Shown here one piece after another: positions 62,386-64,000 of a stretch of DNA of 64,000 bases. The stretch is from Felis catus (taxonomy: Eukaryota). The notes under the pieces were generated by a model. The model searched no databases, had not been told where the DNA came from, and saw only the letters and a program-made list of their open reading frames with translations. The stretch lies in the NCBI RefSeq assembly GCF_018350175.1, contig NC_058368.1, forward strand, positions 191,644,001 through 191,708,000. The letters are read 5' to 3'. The position numbers and the translations under genes are program-made. Within the stretch, counting starts at the first letter, position 1, and every line of letters starts with the position of its first letter.

Positions 62386-63309
62386 AGATTGGCTAGAAAC
62401 CTAGACAATTACAGGACAAAACCTCTGAGTTCTTAGGTTCTATGAATGCAATGTTATGCAAAGTCTACAACTGCTGTGACTTTCAGAACAGAAAAGAATC
62501 ACCAGCAGCCTATTCGGAGGCAGAGTGCAGGAACCTGCAGGCAACCTCCTTGTCCTGTCTACAAATGTCCTACACTCGTATCAGAGATCCAATAGCTTCT
62601 TCAGCAGGAATGGGCTTGCTAGATGGGACAAGACCCGTGTTTGCTAAAGGACACAGTTGTTCCCTATGAAAACATGTGTCCTATGTGATATCGGGGGAGT
62701 CACACCTAAGAGGAAAAAGACAAGAAATGTTTTTCTGTGTTTTCTTTGAATCGCCTCCTTGCTGACATTGCCTCAGCTCGCACAGAAATGGAGCGGGCAC
62801 TGCTGCGGGAGGTCCTACCCGATCTGCTTCTCCAGGCTCCTGCTTTTCATCAGCACCTTGTGCAATGTCACTATGACCCTGACAAGCGGGGAGGAAGAGT
62901 GGCGAACGTTTGATAATCCGGCTTGCTTTAAAACCATTTCTAGGTGGAAATCTGAGCTGTTGGGGGTTGTCAGATACCCAGCTCTGTCTGAAGAACCCCC
63001 CTTACCATTTGACACAACTCCAGTATCATTTTCTCAGACATCATATTTCCTTCCTTTGAAGATTCACACCTCACTCCTTTGCACAGTCCTATCAAATGAG
63101 GTTTTACTCTATGTTCCAACATTTTGCATTCTTGCCTTATTTCTCTCTACTATAATATAAACACCCAGAGGGCAGCATCTATCTTTTATTAATCTAAAGA
63201 TCCAAATCTGGTTTCAGGCATCCAATGGGAGTTTAATAGAGAGAACACAGACTTTACTCTTAGACCCACACAAATTAGAACTCAAGCTTCCGGATGTACT
63301 AGCAGCTCT

Positions 63310-63480
63310 AGGACCTGGGAGAAGGCGCTTGTCTGCCTGGAGCCTCAGTTTCCTTAGCTGAAAGATGGCGATAATGGCAGCATGTGTTATAGGGCTTTGG
63401 GCAGAATTAAATAAAATGATGTACAAAGTATCTAGCAGAGTCTCTGGCATAAGACAAGTGCTCAGTAAGTGGGAGTTATT
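63310..63480 (+). mobile_element. MIR
   Basis: gagcctcagtttccttagctgaaagatgg...tgtacaaagtatctagcagagtctctggcata...gctcagtaagt. Confidence 0.8.
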
Positions 63481-64000
63481 AAACTTATTGTGAAATGAAG
63501 CCCGATCTATTCCCTGTCTCTCTTTGTAACTGGAAGCTCCTTCCAGTTAAAGGTAAGATTTTTTCCCATTTCCATAGTACCTAACATTGAGCTTGGCCCA
63601 CAGTAAATGCTCAGTGTCTCTCAAAAGTGTGCATTCCAGATGTCTGACTTGCAAACTTATGTCCTATTGTTGCTTGTACAACTGGAGGATCTTTGATTCC
63701 ACTGCTAACAGAAATGAGAAAGCTAATTGTCTGGGTAGCAGAGGTTGGTGGGGGGGTGGTCTGCAGGCCTCTGGTTTAAGAACTAGAGACTGCTTCCCAT
63801 CATTCATTAGCATGAGGTTACTGCTTCCGTTTTCTATTTTCCGCATCTCCCTCACCCCTTTTTGTTCTTAAAAAACAGAGTAGAAGTGAAATAGGAAGAA
63901 AAAAAAACAAGTATTATATTGAAATGCTAATCTCATTTTATTAAATGAATTGTGGAGGCTGAGATAGTTATCTGTATCCTCAAAGAATAATTTCTTTAAA

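Noticed and set aside
1..64000. CRISPR arrays, operons or prokaryotic defence systems
   Set aside because: The sequence is mammalian and repeat-rich, with no regularly spaced direct repeats or gene-dense ORF structure.

Overview
This window is non-coding mammalian genomic DNA (intergenic or deep intronic) from a carnivore, very probably a felid. About 25 tRNA-derived CanSINEs of the feliform SINEC_Fc type are present, along with felid/carnivore L1 3' ends. The window is dominated by transposable-element relics of several ages: old MIR, L2, L1M, MaLR (MLT1) LTRs, a MER34-like LTR and hAT MITEs (MER20, MER53, MER105-like, Charlie4-like), overlaid by carnivore L1s and young SINEs with readable target-site duplications (TSDs). 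The only recognisable protein-coding sequence is decayed L1 ORF2/ORF1. I could not identify any host exon, RNA gene or CRISPR-like array, and I found no convincing new biological system. The best second-look items are: a 198-bp near-identical templated copy of an L2 segment inserted about 1.2 kb upstream; a SINE dimer under a single TSD; several three-layer TE nests; inverted SINE pairs; and a few unique CpG-retaining segments with candidate exon or enhancer features. TE subfamily names come from recall of consensus sequences, not from a search, and boundaries of old repeats are approximate.
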